The notes beneath the pieces are model-generated. The model searched no databases. It was not told the DNA's origin and was given only the letters and a program-made list of their open reading frames with translations. Made by a program: the position numbers and the translations under genes. DNA of 64,000 nucleotides, taken from positions 160,001 to 224,000 of the IMG/VR virus record IMGVR_UViG_3300031555_004294; one strand, written 5' to 3'. This stretch comes from a virus (taxonomy: Duplodnaviria > Caudoviricetes). Shown here in pieces: positions 9,424-19,184 of this stretch; the stretch's first letter is position 1; every line of letters begins with the position of its first letter.

Positions 9424-10220
9424 TTCGCATTACTCTCTCCTTTCTTTTGATTAGCCTCATACTCCTTTATATAAAGTAACACTTCTTCTTTAGTTACTAA
9501 ACGGTTATTATACTTTATGAGGTTTAATGTAGCTTTAGCTTCTTTTAGTTCCTCTTCATTTAAAACATACATATCAAGTAATTTCATTACTTGTTCGTCA
9601 GTAGTCTCAAATAAAGACTGGTAGAGCATTTTATGTTTTTGGTTAGCGGAGATATAGCCGTACATTTCTAAAACCATAACGAGATTAAGTTCTTGGAGAC
9701 CAATGCCGTCTGGTAATTTTACATTCTTCGGATCATAGAAATCTGGTAGAAGTTTGCTAATTTTGTCTTTAACATTTTCCTCCAGATTATTATTTACTAC
9801 AACGTTTACATTGTTTGTATTGTTATTTACATTGCTATTGTTATTAGTTGTTGTCTCTTTATCATCATTAGCATCTTCTTTACTATTATCTTCACCTTGA
9901 TCTTTAGATGATAACTTTAGCTTGCTAATTGTAAACAGACCAGAAAGTGTACCTAGTAGACAAGAAATTATAGTATTACCAACTACAAATAAACTACATA
10001 AGGTTATTAACCAAGAAGCTATAGTTTCTATTATGAAACTTAAGACCTTAGTTTTAATATTCTTTTTTAATTTTCTCTTTTTGGTTAGTACAAATTCCTT
10101 AAATGCAAAAAAAGCTAAGCATATAACTAAAGAAAGTATGTAACTTCCAATGGGTAAATCTTTTCCACCACTAATTTCCCCAACAAGAGCATTAAAAAAA
10201 GAAGTAAAATCAAAGTTCAT
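9420..10220 (-). CDS. Membrane protein (2-3 TM) with Asn-rich linker and MshEN-like C-terminal helices
   Basis: Hydrophobic N-terminal segments; LVMVLEMYGYISANQKHKML / KLLDMYVLNEEELKEA. Confidence 0.55.
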   Translation of the reverse strand: MNFDFTSFFNALVGEISGGKDLPIGSYILSLVICLAFFAFKEFVLTKKRKLKKNIKTKVLSFIIETIASWLITLCSLFVVGNTIISCLLGTLSGLFTISKLKLSSKDQGEDNSKEDANDDKETTTNNNSNVNNNTNNVNVVVNNNLEENVKDKISKLLPDFYDPKNVKLPDGIGLQELNLVMVLEMYGYISANQKHKMLYQSLFETTDEQVMKLLDMYVLNEEELKEAKATLNLIKYNNRLVTKEEVLLYIKEYEANQKKGESNAK

Positions 10221-10258
10221 ATCAATTACCTACTTTCTTTAAAACGTTAAAAATTTAT

Positions 10259-10270
10259 TAATTTATTGTT
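10259..10270 (-). promoter_or_regulatory. AACA-N6-TA late-type promoter
   Basis: Minus strand AACAataaatTA upstream of 10220. Confidence 0.6.
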
Positions 10271-10341
10271 GTTAAGAAACGAACAATGCTAGGTTTTCCA
10301 GTTTATAGACAGTTTGTATAATAAACATTCTTTTCTAAAAA

Positions 10342-10378
10342 AAAAGAGCATATTCCAAGTGAATGGAATATGCTCTTT
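10342..10378 (-). terminator. Intrinsic terminator after vWA gene
   Basis: AAAGAGCATATTCCA/TGGAATATGCTCTTT with an A run on the + strand. Confidence 0.85.
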
Positions 10379-10389
10379 AACTTTAGTTT

Positions 10390-12681
10390 TTAGTTGAAGA
10401 ATACCTTATCGTATCCAGTCTTGATTACCAAAGTACTATCACCATTGGAAGATGTGTAGGTATATTTGTCACCATCAATAGTGAGACCTTCCCACCAAGA
10501 ACTTGTTAATACCTTAGCCATCTTAATAGCACTCAAGGTATTACGATTAGCATTTAGTTTAGCCTTAGTAGTCTTCAAGCACTTATCAAGGAACTCTCTT
10601 TCTTCTTTAGTTCCTTTATTAATTCCAAGTGACTGAATTCCATCATTAATTGCATCGATAGATCTTACAATACACTTGCTCATAAAGTTAGGTTCTTTAC
10701 CCTTACTAATTGCAGCATTATAAGTATCAATACCCTTTTCAATTGCAGGAATTGAAGAACAACCTTTAAGCATGAACTCAAGTTCTCTTGCTTCATAGTA
10801 GTCATCTTCATTCTTTTCTGTTACTTTACGGTTTACACCAGCATAGGTAAGGAACTCATTCAAACCATGTTCTTTGAGTACTTCAACTTGTTCTGCATTG
10901 TAAACAGGGGGTCTGCCAAAGCTATCAGTCTTGTATTCCTTATAAGGATGGTTAGAAACCATCCAGTTAACAACTTTTTGGAATACTTCATCTTCGGTAA
11001 TTGCAACTATAGTTTCAAATACCTTATCAATGGTAGAATCATTCAAGTAGTTACGATTGATTACAGGAAGCTTTGTAAGATCAATTTCAAAAATGTCCTT
11101 GTCATCCTGACTGCTACAAGTTAAGAAATAAGAACTACTATCGAGAACATCAATCTGGAGTCTCATTAACTTTAAACCTGTTTCAGTAGAAAGCTTGACT
11201 TTAATCTTTTCCATATTAAGATGTCCATCCTTAATAATGGTATGAGTCTGGAACTGTCTGGAATCAATAGACTCAGGTAGACCAACTTGCTTAGCTCTCT
11301 TAGGATTGATCGCTACTACACCATCTCTAGTGAACTTGATAGAGATGTTAAGCTTGTTCTTATTGTAGACGATGTTATCATTGAAAGGAGCAAAGATATC
11401 ATAGTCTCTCTTAGGAGTAAACAAGTTGAAAGTGTCTTCTACCTGAAGACCAATTCTCTTGTAGGAAGACATGTCGGGAATATAGTAGTTACCTTCCTCA
11501 CAGAGAATTCCAAGAAGATCCATGATACAGAAAGCATCATTTGCAGGTAAATAGTTGACAGGAGCCTTACCAGACTGATATCTTGTAGAGTTGCTAAAGA
11601 TACACTTATTGAGTTCCTTAAGGAATTTACTTGACTCATCAATTGTAAACGCATTAAGCTGTGCGTCAATAAGGTGCTTATCTCTCAAATCCTTAAGAAT
11701 ATCAAGGCATACTTCTCTGTTACCCTTATAGTAGTTCTCATAAGCAAGTGCATACAGAAGGTTAGCAGTAGTAGTATCAGGAAGCTTACCAAACTTAATC
11801 TTGTTAAGATCAATAAGTTCATCATTAATTTTAACAACTGAGTAGTCAATACCGTTTATACCATCTTCAGGATAGATAATTGCAAACTGATTCTTTCTCT
11901 TTTCAATAGAAGATAGATTCATAATATTATTGGCGAGCTTAGTAGATTTGCTATTGAGATAGAGAATTTCACAATCGGGAGCAGAAATCTCAACCTTTTC
12001 AGCTACCATATCTCTAACGCGTTCATAGTTGTGCTTAAAGATTTCAGAGTATTCCTTAACATTGGAGGAATGGAGATACTTACCGAAATCAGTAATTTCA
12101 GCAATCTTGGTTAAAAATTCCTTGTCATAGTAATAACCATAACCAAGAGTATTCAATGCCATAATTTCATTCTTGAAGCTACTTACAACATCATACGACA
12201 TCTTATAGTCTTCGCTAGAAGATACATTGCAACAAGAACAACCATCAGTAAACAGAGTTACATTGTAATAGGGACAAAGAGGTTTCATTTCCTCAATGAT
12301 TGACTTAACGAGTTCAAGAGGTTCATGGAAACAAGTACAACCAACACAATGCTTAATGGAATCAATAAGGTTATCAACACCTGCAAAGTCATCATCAGTC
12401 TTCTTGTATCCCTTGATAACAACTCCATTCTGTCCTTCAGATGAGAACCATACTACAGAAATATAGTCACCAACAGGAATTGCTCTAAATGTCTTCTTAA
12501 CATCTTCCATCAATGCTACGATACTGCCAGACATTGAGTATGATCTATCAAGAATATGGATGTGATGCATTCTATCAACTGTCTTGGATTCAGTTGTAGT
12601 ATCGTCATTCTTGTAGTTTACAAGTAGAATTGTACGGAGCTTACCTGCAATAGTAATTTGAGCTTTCTTAAAGGTTGACAT
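10390..12681 (-). CDS. vWA (MIDAS) domain protein
   Basis: ILDRSYSMSG (DxSxS), LFTDG and NTLGYG motifs. Confidence 0.85.
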   Translation of the reverse strand: MSTFKKAQITIAGKLRTILLVNYKNDDTTTESKTVDRMHHIHILDRSYSMSGSIVALMEDVKKTFRAIPVGDYISVVWFSSEGQNGVVIKGYKKTDDDFAGVDNLIDSIKHCVGCTCFHEPLELVKSIIEEMKPLCPYYNVTLFTDGCSCCNVSSSEDYKMSYDVVSSFKNEIMALNTLGYGYYYDKEFLTKIAEITDFGKYLHSSNVKEYSEIFKHNYERVRDMVAEKVEISAPDCEILYLNSKSTKLANNIMNLSSIEKRKNQFAIIYPEDGINGIDYSVVKINDELIDLNKIKFGKLPDTTTANLLYALAYENYYKGNREVCLDILKDLRDKHLIDAQLNAFTIDESSKFLKELNKCIFSNSTRYQSGKAPVNYLPANDAFCIMDLLGILCEEGNYYIPDMSSYKRIGLQVEDTFNLFTPKRDYDIFAPFNDNIVYNKNKLNISIKFTRDGVVAINPKRAKQVGLPESIDSRQFQTHTIIKDGHLNMEKIKVKLSTETGLKLMRLQIDVLDSSSYFLTCSSQDDKDIFEIDLTKLPVINRNYLNDSTIDKVFETIVAITEDEVFQKVVNWMVSNHPYKEYKTDSFGRPPVYNAEQVEVLKEHGLNEFLTYAGVNRKVTEKNEDDYYEARELEFMLKGCSSIPAIEKGIDTYNAAISKGKEPNFMSKCIVRSIDAINDGIQSLGINKGTKEEREFLDKCLKTTKAKLNANRNTLSAIKMAKVLTSSWWEGLTIDGDKYTYTSSNGDSTLVIKTGYDKVFFN

Positions 12682-12731
12682 AATAAATTTTTCCTTTCTT
12701 TATGATTGTATTTTTTAGTTCTTTCTGAGTT

Positions 12732-13196
12732 TTATCTGCCAAAATATAAAAGCCATTTTTTCATAGCTATATCGATTTTTTCAGTTTTAAGGTCAATTAT
12801 CTTTTCTCTGTTTGACATATAAATATCAATTTGCTGTTGTACTAGTTCATCAGATTTTAATTCAGGATACAAATTAACAAGTGTAATTGAACTTTCTGAC
12901 TTTAGATCTTTGTATGTATCAGATTCAAAATCCATATACTCTAATACTATGGCATCAATTTCACTTTCAATTAGTGTATTCTGTTCTTCGTACATTTCAA
13001 TTTTCTGGTCAATTATATTTTCAGTTGCAATATCTGTTGAGTAACCAATCAGAACAGCAACTATAATAACAAAACCAATACCCATAGCGATTTCAAGTAT
13101 TTCGGGCCAACAGTCTTCCCATAGGTCATACTTTGTTGCTAAGATAGCAAGAACAACTATCCCTACGATTAAAATAACCGCGACTAAACTTAACAT
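12732..13196 (-). CDS. Membrane protein, 2 TM plus coiled coil
   Basis: Two hydrophobic helices; YPELKS motif. Confidence 0.7.
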   Translation of the reverse strand: MLSLVAVILIVGIVVLAILATKYDLWEDCWPEILEIAMGIGFVIIVAVLIGYSTDIATENIIDQKIEMYEEQNTLIESEIDAIVLEYMDFESDTYKDLKSESSITLVNLYPELKSDELVQQQIDIYMSNREKIIDLKTEKIDIAMKKWLLYFGR

Positions 13197-13215
13197 TTTC
13201 TTTTCTCCTCTGTAA

Positions 13216-13569
13216 TTATAAAAATCCTTGTATTTCTTCTACTTCATATAGATAATCTGGAAATGGATTAATTGTAGATTGGTCTTTCGAATTGGTTATC
13301 CTACAGAAGTAGTAATACTTTTTATCTAACTGTATGGAAATATGAGAATAAATATTTTTAGCAGTGGCACTAAAATTCCATTGGTAACCTAACTTTTGTA
13401 AAAAGTTCACTAACAATAATGCTTCTTTTTTAGATAACACTCTAAAAATGCAAACTGTAGATGAAATACACGCTGGGAAATCACCTATGCTGTAATCTTC
13501 ATCTACAACTTTTATAATTCCAGATTCCATTTCAAAGTTCATTCTTTTTTTAGCTTCATCTATTGTCAT
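13216..13569 (-). CDS. Hypothetical protein with tag-like N-terminus (KKRMNFEM)
   Basis: ORF in operon; weak match to the KKLKFDLEM tag. Confidence 0.6.
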   Translation of the reverse strand: MTIDEAKKRMNFEMESGIIKVVDEDYSIGDFPACISSTVCIFRVLSKKEALLLVNFLQKLGYQWNFSATAKNIYSHISIQLDKKYYYFCRITNSKDQSTINPFPDYLYEVEEIQGFL

Positions 13570-13578
13570 TTTTGTTCC

Positions 13579-13860
13579 TCATTTGGTAATTCCAACAAGT
13601 TCTTCAAATTGTTGTCTATATTTGAGAACTAGTTGTTTTTTACCTTCAGCTAATTCTTCTCTAAAATCATTTAGTGAAGTCTTATATTTGGGGTCGTAAG
13701 GTATAATTTTTATAGGTTCAAAAGCCATACCTTGAAAACCTGCAACTTTAATACGTCCATCTTTTAGAAATTCCTCAATTTCTCCACAAAGATATCCAAT
13801 ATCATCATCATACTTCCAAATACCAAGTAAGCGTTGTTCCATTTTAATTATCTCCTTCAA
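13579..13860 (-). CDS. Hypothetical protein
   Basis: ORF coupled to neighbours; start may be the internal MEQR. Confidence 0.65.
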   Translation of the reverse strand: MKEIIKMEQRLLGIWKYDDDIGYLCGEIEEFLKDGRIKVAGFQGMAFEPIKIIPYDPKYKTSLNDFREELAEGKKQLVLKYRQQFEELVGITK

Positions 13861-14729
13861 TCATCCATCAATTTATAAAGCTCACTTGCTCTATCATTTT
13901 GATCTGCGTTAATGTAATAATCGAACATAAATTCTCTTTGTGCTTTGGTCAGTCTTCTTATAGTATCTGAAGTTAAAACTGGTATACCTTGAGAAGGAGA
14001 ATGAACTAACACCCAACCTTTATCTACTAAGAAGTCAGCAGCAGCATTAACTACAGGTCTTTTTCTAGCTTTACACCAAGCTTCAAATTCATCTTTGTAG
14101 TGACTTAAATCTGCAGCAGCAACCTCATCATAACGTCCTCGTTCTAAGATAGAATTGTAAGGCCAAATCTGATGACCACCAAAATCAACTTCATAGAACT
14201 TAGCTTCTGGACTTAGCCAACCATATTCAACACCTTTTACTCTAGCGTCAATATAGTCTTGAACTAATCTAGAAGTTCCTTTGATTGGGGAATACTCTAC
14301 TGTATTAAGTCTGTATCTACTATATCTGTCATATTCTCCATTTTCAATCTTTTCTACAAGCTCACAGTATTTGTCATTCATTTCGCTTAGTTCTTCTCTA
14401 GTTTCCTTATACTTCTTAGCTAGCTTACTATAAGCAGTGAAAATATTAGTCTCGTTTAATGTTTCTTCGCTATCTAAGAATGCTAGACAAAATGTTCCAT
14501 CTCCACTGTTACCTCTTAACTCCGCTCTACCTAAAAGTATATCTTGTGCATACTTTTGTAAAGTTGCTTTAGTCTCATCTGTACCACACATGCAAGATAA
14601 AAGTAATTCTTCAACTTGACTGTATGGTTTAAACTCATCAAAGAACCATTCTTTAGCCAACTTAGTTATAAACTCACCCTGTACTGAAAAGCCTAGTGTT
14701 CCAATTACTTCTTCTTTTTCGTTTTCCAT
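13857..14729 (-). CDS. Hypothetical phage protein
   Basis: 290 aa, GGAGG RBS; YGWLSP...H and GWVLVH motifs. Confidence 0.7.
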   Translation of the reverse strand: MENEKEEVIGTLGFSVQGEFITKLAKEWFFDEFKPYSQVEELLLSCMCGTDETKATLQKYAQDILLGRAELRGNSGDGTFCLAFLDSEETLNETNIFTAYSKLAKKYKETREELSEMNDKYCELVEKIENGEYDRYSRYRLNTVEYSPIKGTSRLVQDYIDARVKGVEYGWLSPEAKFYEVDFGGHQIWPYNSILERGRYDEVAAADLSHYKDEFEAWCKARKRPVVNAAADFLVDKGWVLVHSPSQGIPVLTSDTIRRLTKAQREFMFDYYINADQNDRASELYKLMDD

Positions 14730-15100
14730 TTTAATCGAACAACCTCCCCTTTTTTAGAATATGCTAATCCAAGATAACATGACCAATCAAATTTGTTTTT
14801 AGCTAAGTAAACTTCCTCACCAAATGTTAAGTCTTTCGTGTAGAATACCATAAGATCATCATTGTATATAGAATGAACACAGTCAATAATAAACTCTAGT
14901 CCAGTTACTTCACTGATTTTATTGACAAACTTAATCACATCTTCTTTACAAGTTGCCATTTCATTACATCTAACCGACCAATCTGTTTGCACTTCTAAAT
15001 TGTAATCAAACCCAAAAGTATAACCAGCATCTTCTACAATATTTCTTAGAAGCTGTTCAGGACTTAACATTTCCAAATCAAATTTAAGCTTCTTGTTCAT
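14705..15100 (-). CDS. Array A paralog (MNKKLKFDLEM)
   Basis: Shares N-terminus, AGY and the YSK C-terminal motif with neighbours. Confidence 0.8.
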   Translation of the reverse strand: MNKKLKFDLEMLSPEQLLRNIVEDAGYTFGFDYNLEVQTDWSVRCNEMATCKEDVIKFVNKISEVTGLEFIIDCVHSIYNDDLMVFYTKDLTFGEEVYLAKNKFDWSCYLGLAYSKKGEVVRLKWKTKKKK

Positions 15101-15471
15101 AATTTTCCTGAGAGTCCTTCTTTAGAATATACTAGTTCAAAATGTTTACTTAGTCTAGCATTTCCATCTGGAACAATAATTCCACCAAGTTTATAATCAT
15201 CTGAGTGGTAAGTATATATGACAGGAAGTCCTTCTATACGATCATCTTTAATGATGGTAAAGTCCTTTCCAGTTACATTAGATACTGCATCAATAAAGGC
15301 ATCAATATCGTCCTCACAGTTTGCAGTTTCTTTAGTAGATACACCAAAGTCGCCGTAACATGAAAAGGATGGTTCAGCATATGTATAACCAGCCTCTTCT
15401 ATAATGTCAATCAATACTTGACAGTCTTCTATGATTGACATTTCCAAATCAAATTTAAGCTTCTTGTTCAA
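15097..15471 (-). CDS. Array A paralog (MNKKLKFDLEM)
   Basis: 33 bp identical to the start of 14705-15100 (15438-15470 vs 15067-15099). Confidence 0.8.
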   Translation of the reverse strand: MNKKLKFDLEMSIIEDCQVLIDIIEEAGYTYAEPSFSCYGDFGVSTKETANCEDDIDAFIDAVSNVTGKDFTIIKDDRIEGLPVIYTYHSDDYKLGGIIVPDGNARLSKHFELVYSKEGLSGKL

Positions 15472-15812
15472 AACATTTTACCATCCTTAGAATACATAAA
15501 ACTTAGATACTTACTGGTATCTTTACAGTTAATCGTTCCAAAAATTTTGTTATTGCTAGTCCTAAATGTTATAACACTACCATCAGGTGACATCGTCATG
15601 ATCATATACCCACCAATTACTTTTCTAAGTGAATCTAGGAATTTATAGCCATCATTAATTGAACGTGGTACCTGTGTGCTCAAAACCCAATATTTAGTAT
15701 TGTTAGGATAACTAATTGTTTCCTTATGACAATACCCAGCTTTTTCTAAAATACCTTTCAAAACTTCTTTTGTATCTGACATTTCAAGGTCAAATTCAAG
15801 TTTTCTATCCAT
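15468..15812 (-). CDS. Array A paralog (MDRKLEFDLEM)
   Basis: Shared tag, AGY, YSKDG. Confidence 0.8.
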   Translation of the reverse strand: MDRKLEFDLEMSDTKEVLKGILEKAGYCHKETISYPNNTKYWVLSTQVPRSINDGYKFLDSLRKVIGGYMIMTMSPDGSVITFRTSNNKIFGTINCKDTSKYLSFMYSKDGKMF

Positions 15813-15823
15813 CTTCTATTCCT

Positions 15824-16336
15824 CTACTTTATTCTTACTAGATTTCCTCTACTATCACCCACATAAATATTATTGGTGCTTGTATCTACTATTATCTCAC
15901 CAGGAGTAGGTTTAAAAGAAGCAATATTCCAATTACTTACTCCAGAACTTAATTTAATTCTTGGCCCATTATAAGAAGATGTGTTAATTATCTGAATGAA
16001 CGCTGTATCTCTCAAACCTAGTTCTAGTTTTTTATTTGTATCTGAACGTATTTCAACTACAAATCTATTAGCAATTTTACTGGTAGTATATCTTTTTAAA
16101 TCTTTATCCCATTTAAACTTTACTCCAGTTACTTTGCTAATTCTTCTTTTAAACATCCATGTTGAAAGTTTAGAAGCTTTTAGCTTTCTGATCTGTATCC
16201 AGTAATATTTTCCGTCATCTTCTTTATAGATACTTGCATGATGATATTTTGTAGTGTTAACTATGTTTTCTAGTGCTTGTTCAGGAGTTAAGAATTGTAG
16301 GTCAAACTCAAGTTTCTTTCGTTTTTTATTATCCAT
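15824..16336 (-). CDS. Array A paralog with C-terminal Mtd_N/hyaluronidase-N-like motif
   Basis: KKLEFDLQF tag; C-terminal WNIASFKPTPGEIIVDTSTNNIYVGD; start re-called to 16336. Confidence 0.7.
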   Translation of the reverse strand: MDNKKRKKLEFDLQFLTPEQALENIVNTTKYHHASIYKEDDGKYYWIQIRKLKASKLSTWMFKRRISKVTGVKFKWDKDLKRYTTSKIANRFVVEIRSDTNKKLELGLRDTAFIQIINTSSYNGPRIKLSSGVSNWNIASFKPTPGEIIVDTSTNNIYVGDSRGNLVRIK

Positions 16337-16664
16337 CGGTAAATAACTCCCCATGCTCATCATAAACTAATTCAAAATTACATCCTATGCAAAGATTTCC
16401 GCCAAATTTATGGTCTTCCGACCAATAATAAAATAAACCATCTTGAAAATCTATATTACACTCTTTACCAAGTGCATAAGCAATACGTTGAATAAAAACA
16501 TCAATTTGCTCTTTACAAGTTGCAAGTTCTTGGGTGTGTAAACCACAAGTAATATCTCCAACATAAACATCACAACGATATGTATAACCAGCTTCTTGTA
16601 TAGTGTTGATTAAGGTTTGTTTTGGTCCAAGCATCTTTAGGTCAAATTCAAGTTTCTTGTTCAT
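16329..16664 (-). CDS. Array A paralog (MNKKLEFDLKM)
   Basis: Shared tag, AGYTY, ATCKE. Confidence 0.8.
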   Translation of the reverse strand: MNKKLEFDLKMLGPKQTLINTIQEAGYTYRCDVYVGDITCGLHTQELATCKEQIDVFIQRIAYALGKECNIDFQDGLFYYWSEDHKFGGNLCIGCNFELVYDEHGELFTDG

Positions 16665-16700
16665 TATCTTATTTTTTCCATTCCGTAAAATTAAAAAAGT

Positions 16701-16736
16701 AAAAGGAAATACTCTAATGAAAGAGTATTTCCTTTT
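16701..16736 (-). terminator. Intrinsic terminator
   Basis: AAAAGGAAATACTCT/AGAGTATTTCCTTTT. Confidence 0.75.
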
Positions 16737-16763
16737 TTATTTGTAACTAGCATTTTAAATTTT

Positions 16764-17168
16764 TTAAATTTGCTTGGAAGAAGTAGTCTTAGTAGAACTT
16801 GCTTTCTTTTTTGCAATTGGAATCTTCTTGCTTTCAGGTTTCTTAAACTTTACTTCGATGTTAAGAATACCATTTTCAGCAGTCCATTCAATACGATCAA
16901 TCTGCTCTTCATAAATTCTAAAACGAGAATTTACAGAATAGTTGTTTCCATACTTTTCATCATTGTAGCTGCCCTGAATTACTAAGTAGGCAACATTATT
17001 TTCGTACTGAATTGAAATATCAATATTTTCACTTGGAATACCAACACAGTTATGAATGATTACAACACTATCTTCAGTTCTGTGCTGCTGATAAGGTTTG
17101 TTGTCTAAAACACTACGATTAAAACGATAAGCTGGTGTATCAAAATCCAGCATCCAATTAAGACTCAT
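16764..17168 (-). CDS. Small heat-shock protein (Hsp20/alpha-crystallin)
   Basis: GIPSENIDI...LVIQG...WTAENGILNIEV...KKIPI (IxI) pattern. Confidence 0.8.
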   Translation of the reverse strand: MSLNWMLDFDTPAYRFNRSVLDNKPYQQHRTEDSVVIIHNCVGIPSENIDISIQYENNVAYLVIQGSYNDEKYGNNYSVNSRFRIYEEQIDRIEWTAENGILNIEVKFKKPESKKIPIAKKKASSTKTTSSKQI

Positions 17169-17299
17169 GATAAAATACCTCCGTGGAATGAAATAAAATA
17201 AAATTTTTGAAAAAATAAAATTAAAAGAGACTATTTAGCTAGTATCATAGTTGTCTTACAAATTATTTGTTAGCAGTACTTTTAAGATTTTAAAATCTT

Positions 17300-18244
17300 T
17301 TATGCCCATGGAATTTGTGATTTTCTATAATAAGCCGATTGTTTACTGCTAGAAATTTTAAAGTCGTCATATGCTTCTCTTGCGTCTTTAGGTAGTGAAG
17401 CATAGTTATCTTTAAAAAAGTTTTTGTCAAAAACCAAGTTCTTAGACTTGTCTAAAACACATAAACCTTTAGAATCTAAACCTTTTTCTATTGTTTCAAT
17501 CAGCTTGTAGTTGTAGATTCTAAAGAAATCACACCAATTTATATTTTCGTCCTTGTATTTTTCTAAGAAATATTTTGAGATGATGAAATTATGTTTTCCA
17601 TCAGTTCTATAGTTGTAACTTGTAAATTCGTAAATGTCAATTCTATCTTTATATGTTTCAAAATTCTTAGGATTACAAAGGCAGATTGCATATTTTGAAA
17701 GGGATTTCCAATCTAACTTATCCTTGTACATTTCTACCTTTTTAAGAGAAATGTCAGTCTGACAGGATAATGCATGAAAGTCCATAGTACTACTTTTATC
17801 ATCAGTTAAGTATTTTAGACTTTCTTTTGGTAAGCCTTTTTTAGTTAAAAGCATAGGGATAAGACTATTTTCATTGAGTTCTTTATCGAATTCGTTTATG
17901 AATTCAATTGTAAATCGATTTCCATTACTTCTATAAACAAAATCTCGCCAGTCTATATAGTCTCGATTTACTTTTAAAAATTCCATGTTTATATTAACAT
18001 TTACACAGAGTTTTCCAAGATAAGGTTTTAAGTACTCGTAGAACTCATCTATGAATTCATCAGTAAGAGTATTACGAGTAGCAATTTGGTACCAAGAAAT
18101 ATTACTTTTATATTTCCTGATAATCTCTACATCTTCTGGTTTTGTTATTTTTAGTTTCTTTGTAAATTCGTATGGTTTATCAATAATTCCACTTAATACC
18201 AAATCGAATTCTTTTTGTTTTGCTGTTTTCTTTGTGTTAGCCAT
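17300..18244 (-). CDS. Tryptophan-repeat protein (degenerate repeats) with KQKEFDL tag
   Basis: ISW/IDW/LDW/INW repeats and LTDEFIDEF. Confidence 0.75.
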   Translation of the reverse strand: MANTKKTAKQKEFDLVLSGIIDKPYEFTKKLKITKPEDVEIIRKYKSNISWYQIATRNTLTDEFIDEFYEYLKPYLGKLCVNVNINMEFLKVNRDYIDWRDFVYRSNGNRFTIEFINEFDKELNENSLIPMLLTKKGLPKESLKYLTDDKSSTMDFHALSCQTDISLKKVEMYKDKLDWKSLSKYAICLCNPKNFETYKDRIDIYEFTSYNYRTDGKHNFIISKYFLEKYKDENINWCDFFRIYNYKLIETIEKGLDSKGLCVLDKSKNLVFDKNFFKDNYASLPKDAREAYDDFKISSSKQSAYYRKSQIPWA

Positions 18245-18554
18245 TTGTTATATAACCTTCCTTTTTCATTTCTTCTACGAGATCTTTTGATAAGTATTGA
18301 GAGTAGCAAATAATTTGCCAATCAATTTTATTTTTGAATTCCCTAATAAAATCTTCGGATAAATGTTGGTAGCGAGAAATCTTTTGCCAATCAAGTATAT
18401 CTTGGAATTCTCTTATAAAATCTTCTGGTAAATTTTGACTACATTGACAAGTAAACCAAAATCTTTCAGAATTATATTTTTCCTTATAGCGTTTCCATAA
18501 GTCTCTATATTTGACTTCCAGATCAAATATCTGTTGCTTGGTTAGTTTTATCAT
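18237..18554 (-). CDS. Tryptophan-repeat protein (2 full repeats) with KQQIFDLE tag
   Basis: L(P/S)EDFIREF...DW x2; ends KKEGYITNG. Confidence 0.85.
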   Translation of the reverse strand: MIKLTKQQIFDLEVKYRDLWKRYKEKYNSERFWFTCQCSQNLPEDFIREFQDILDWQKISRYQHLSEDFIREFKNKIDWQIICYSQYLSKDLVEEMKKEGYITNG

Positions 18555-19159
18555 TAAATATAACCTTCCTTTTTTATCCTATCGATAAATTCTTTAGACA
18601 AGTGTTTATGTCGTCCAAGTATCACTATATTCTTCCAATTTAATCTATCTTTAAATTCTTCCATAAAGTTTTCAGTAAAATTTTTATGACAGTTTGCTGA
18701 TAGTACAGCCCAATCTATCTTATTCTGAAATTCTCGTATAAAGTCTTCTGATAGATTACTATTTATCATCGAAATAACTACCCAATCAACATGATCTTGA
18801 AATTCTCGTATAAAGTCTTCTGATAATTTTTGAGCGTAAGAAATACCTTTCCAAATAACTTTATCTTTAAACTCTCTTATAAAATCTTCAGATAATTTTT
18901 GATAATAGGAAATATTCTCCCAGTCTACTTTATCTTTAAACTCTCGTATAAAGTCTTCTGATAAAGTTGAGTGACAAGAAATATGTTTCCAATTTAAATT
19001 ATCCTGAAATTTTCTTATAAAGTCTTCAGATAGTTGTTTTGTCACTATATGACTCCAAAATCCTTTGTTATTATATTTCCCTTTATAAGAATAATCATTC
19101 CAAAGATGTCTATAAACAAATTCCAAATCAAACTTTTGTTTTTTAGTTAGTTTAGTCAT
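18554..19159 (-). CDS. Tryptophan-repeat protein (about 6 repeats) with KKQKFDLE tag
   Basis: LSEDFIREFxDxxxW repeats of about 23 aa (69 bp); ends KKEGYI. Confidence 0.85.
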   Translation of the reverse strand: MTKLTKKQKFDLEFVYRHLWNDYSYKGKYNNKGFWSHIVTKQLSEDFIRKFQDNLNWKHISCHSTLSEDFIREFKDKVDWENISYYQKLSEDFIREFKDKVIWKGISYAQKLSEDFIREFQDHVDWVVISMINSNLSEDFIREFQNKIDWAVLSANCHKNFTENFMEEFKDRLNWKNIVILGRHKHLSKEFIDRIKKEGYI

Positions 19160-19184
19160 AGTAAATTTCTTCCTTTTTATTTTT

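Noticed and set aside
9787-9855. Asn-rich low-complexity tract as a DNA repeat element
   Set aside because: It is an in-frame linker within the membrane protein.
17170-17299. CIRCE operator or RNA thermometer upstream of Hsp20
   Set aside because: Only a partial TTAGCA is present, not the TTAGCACTC-N9-GAGTGCTAA repeat; SD pairing is too weak to call.
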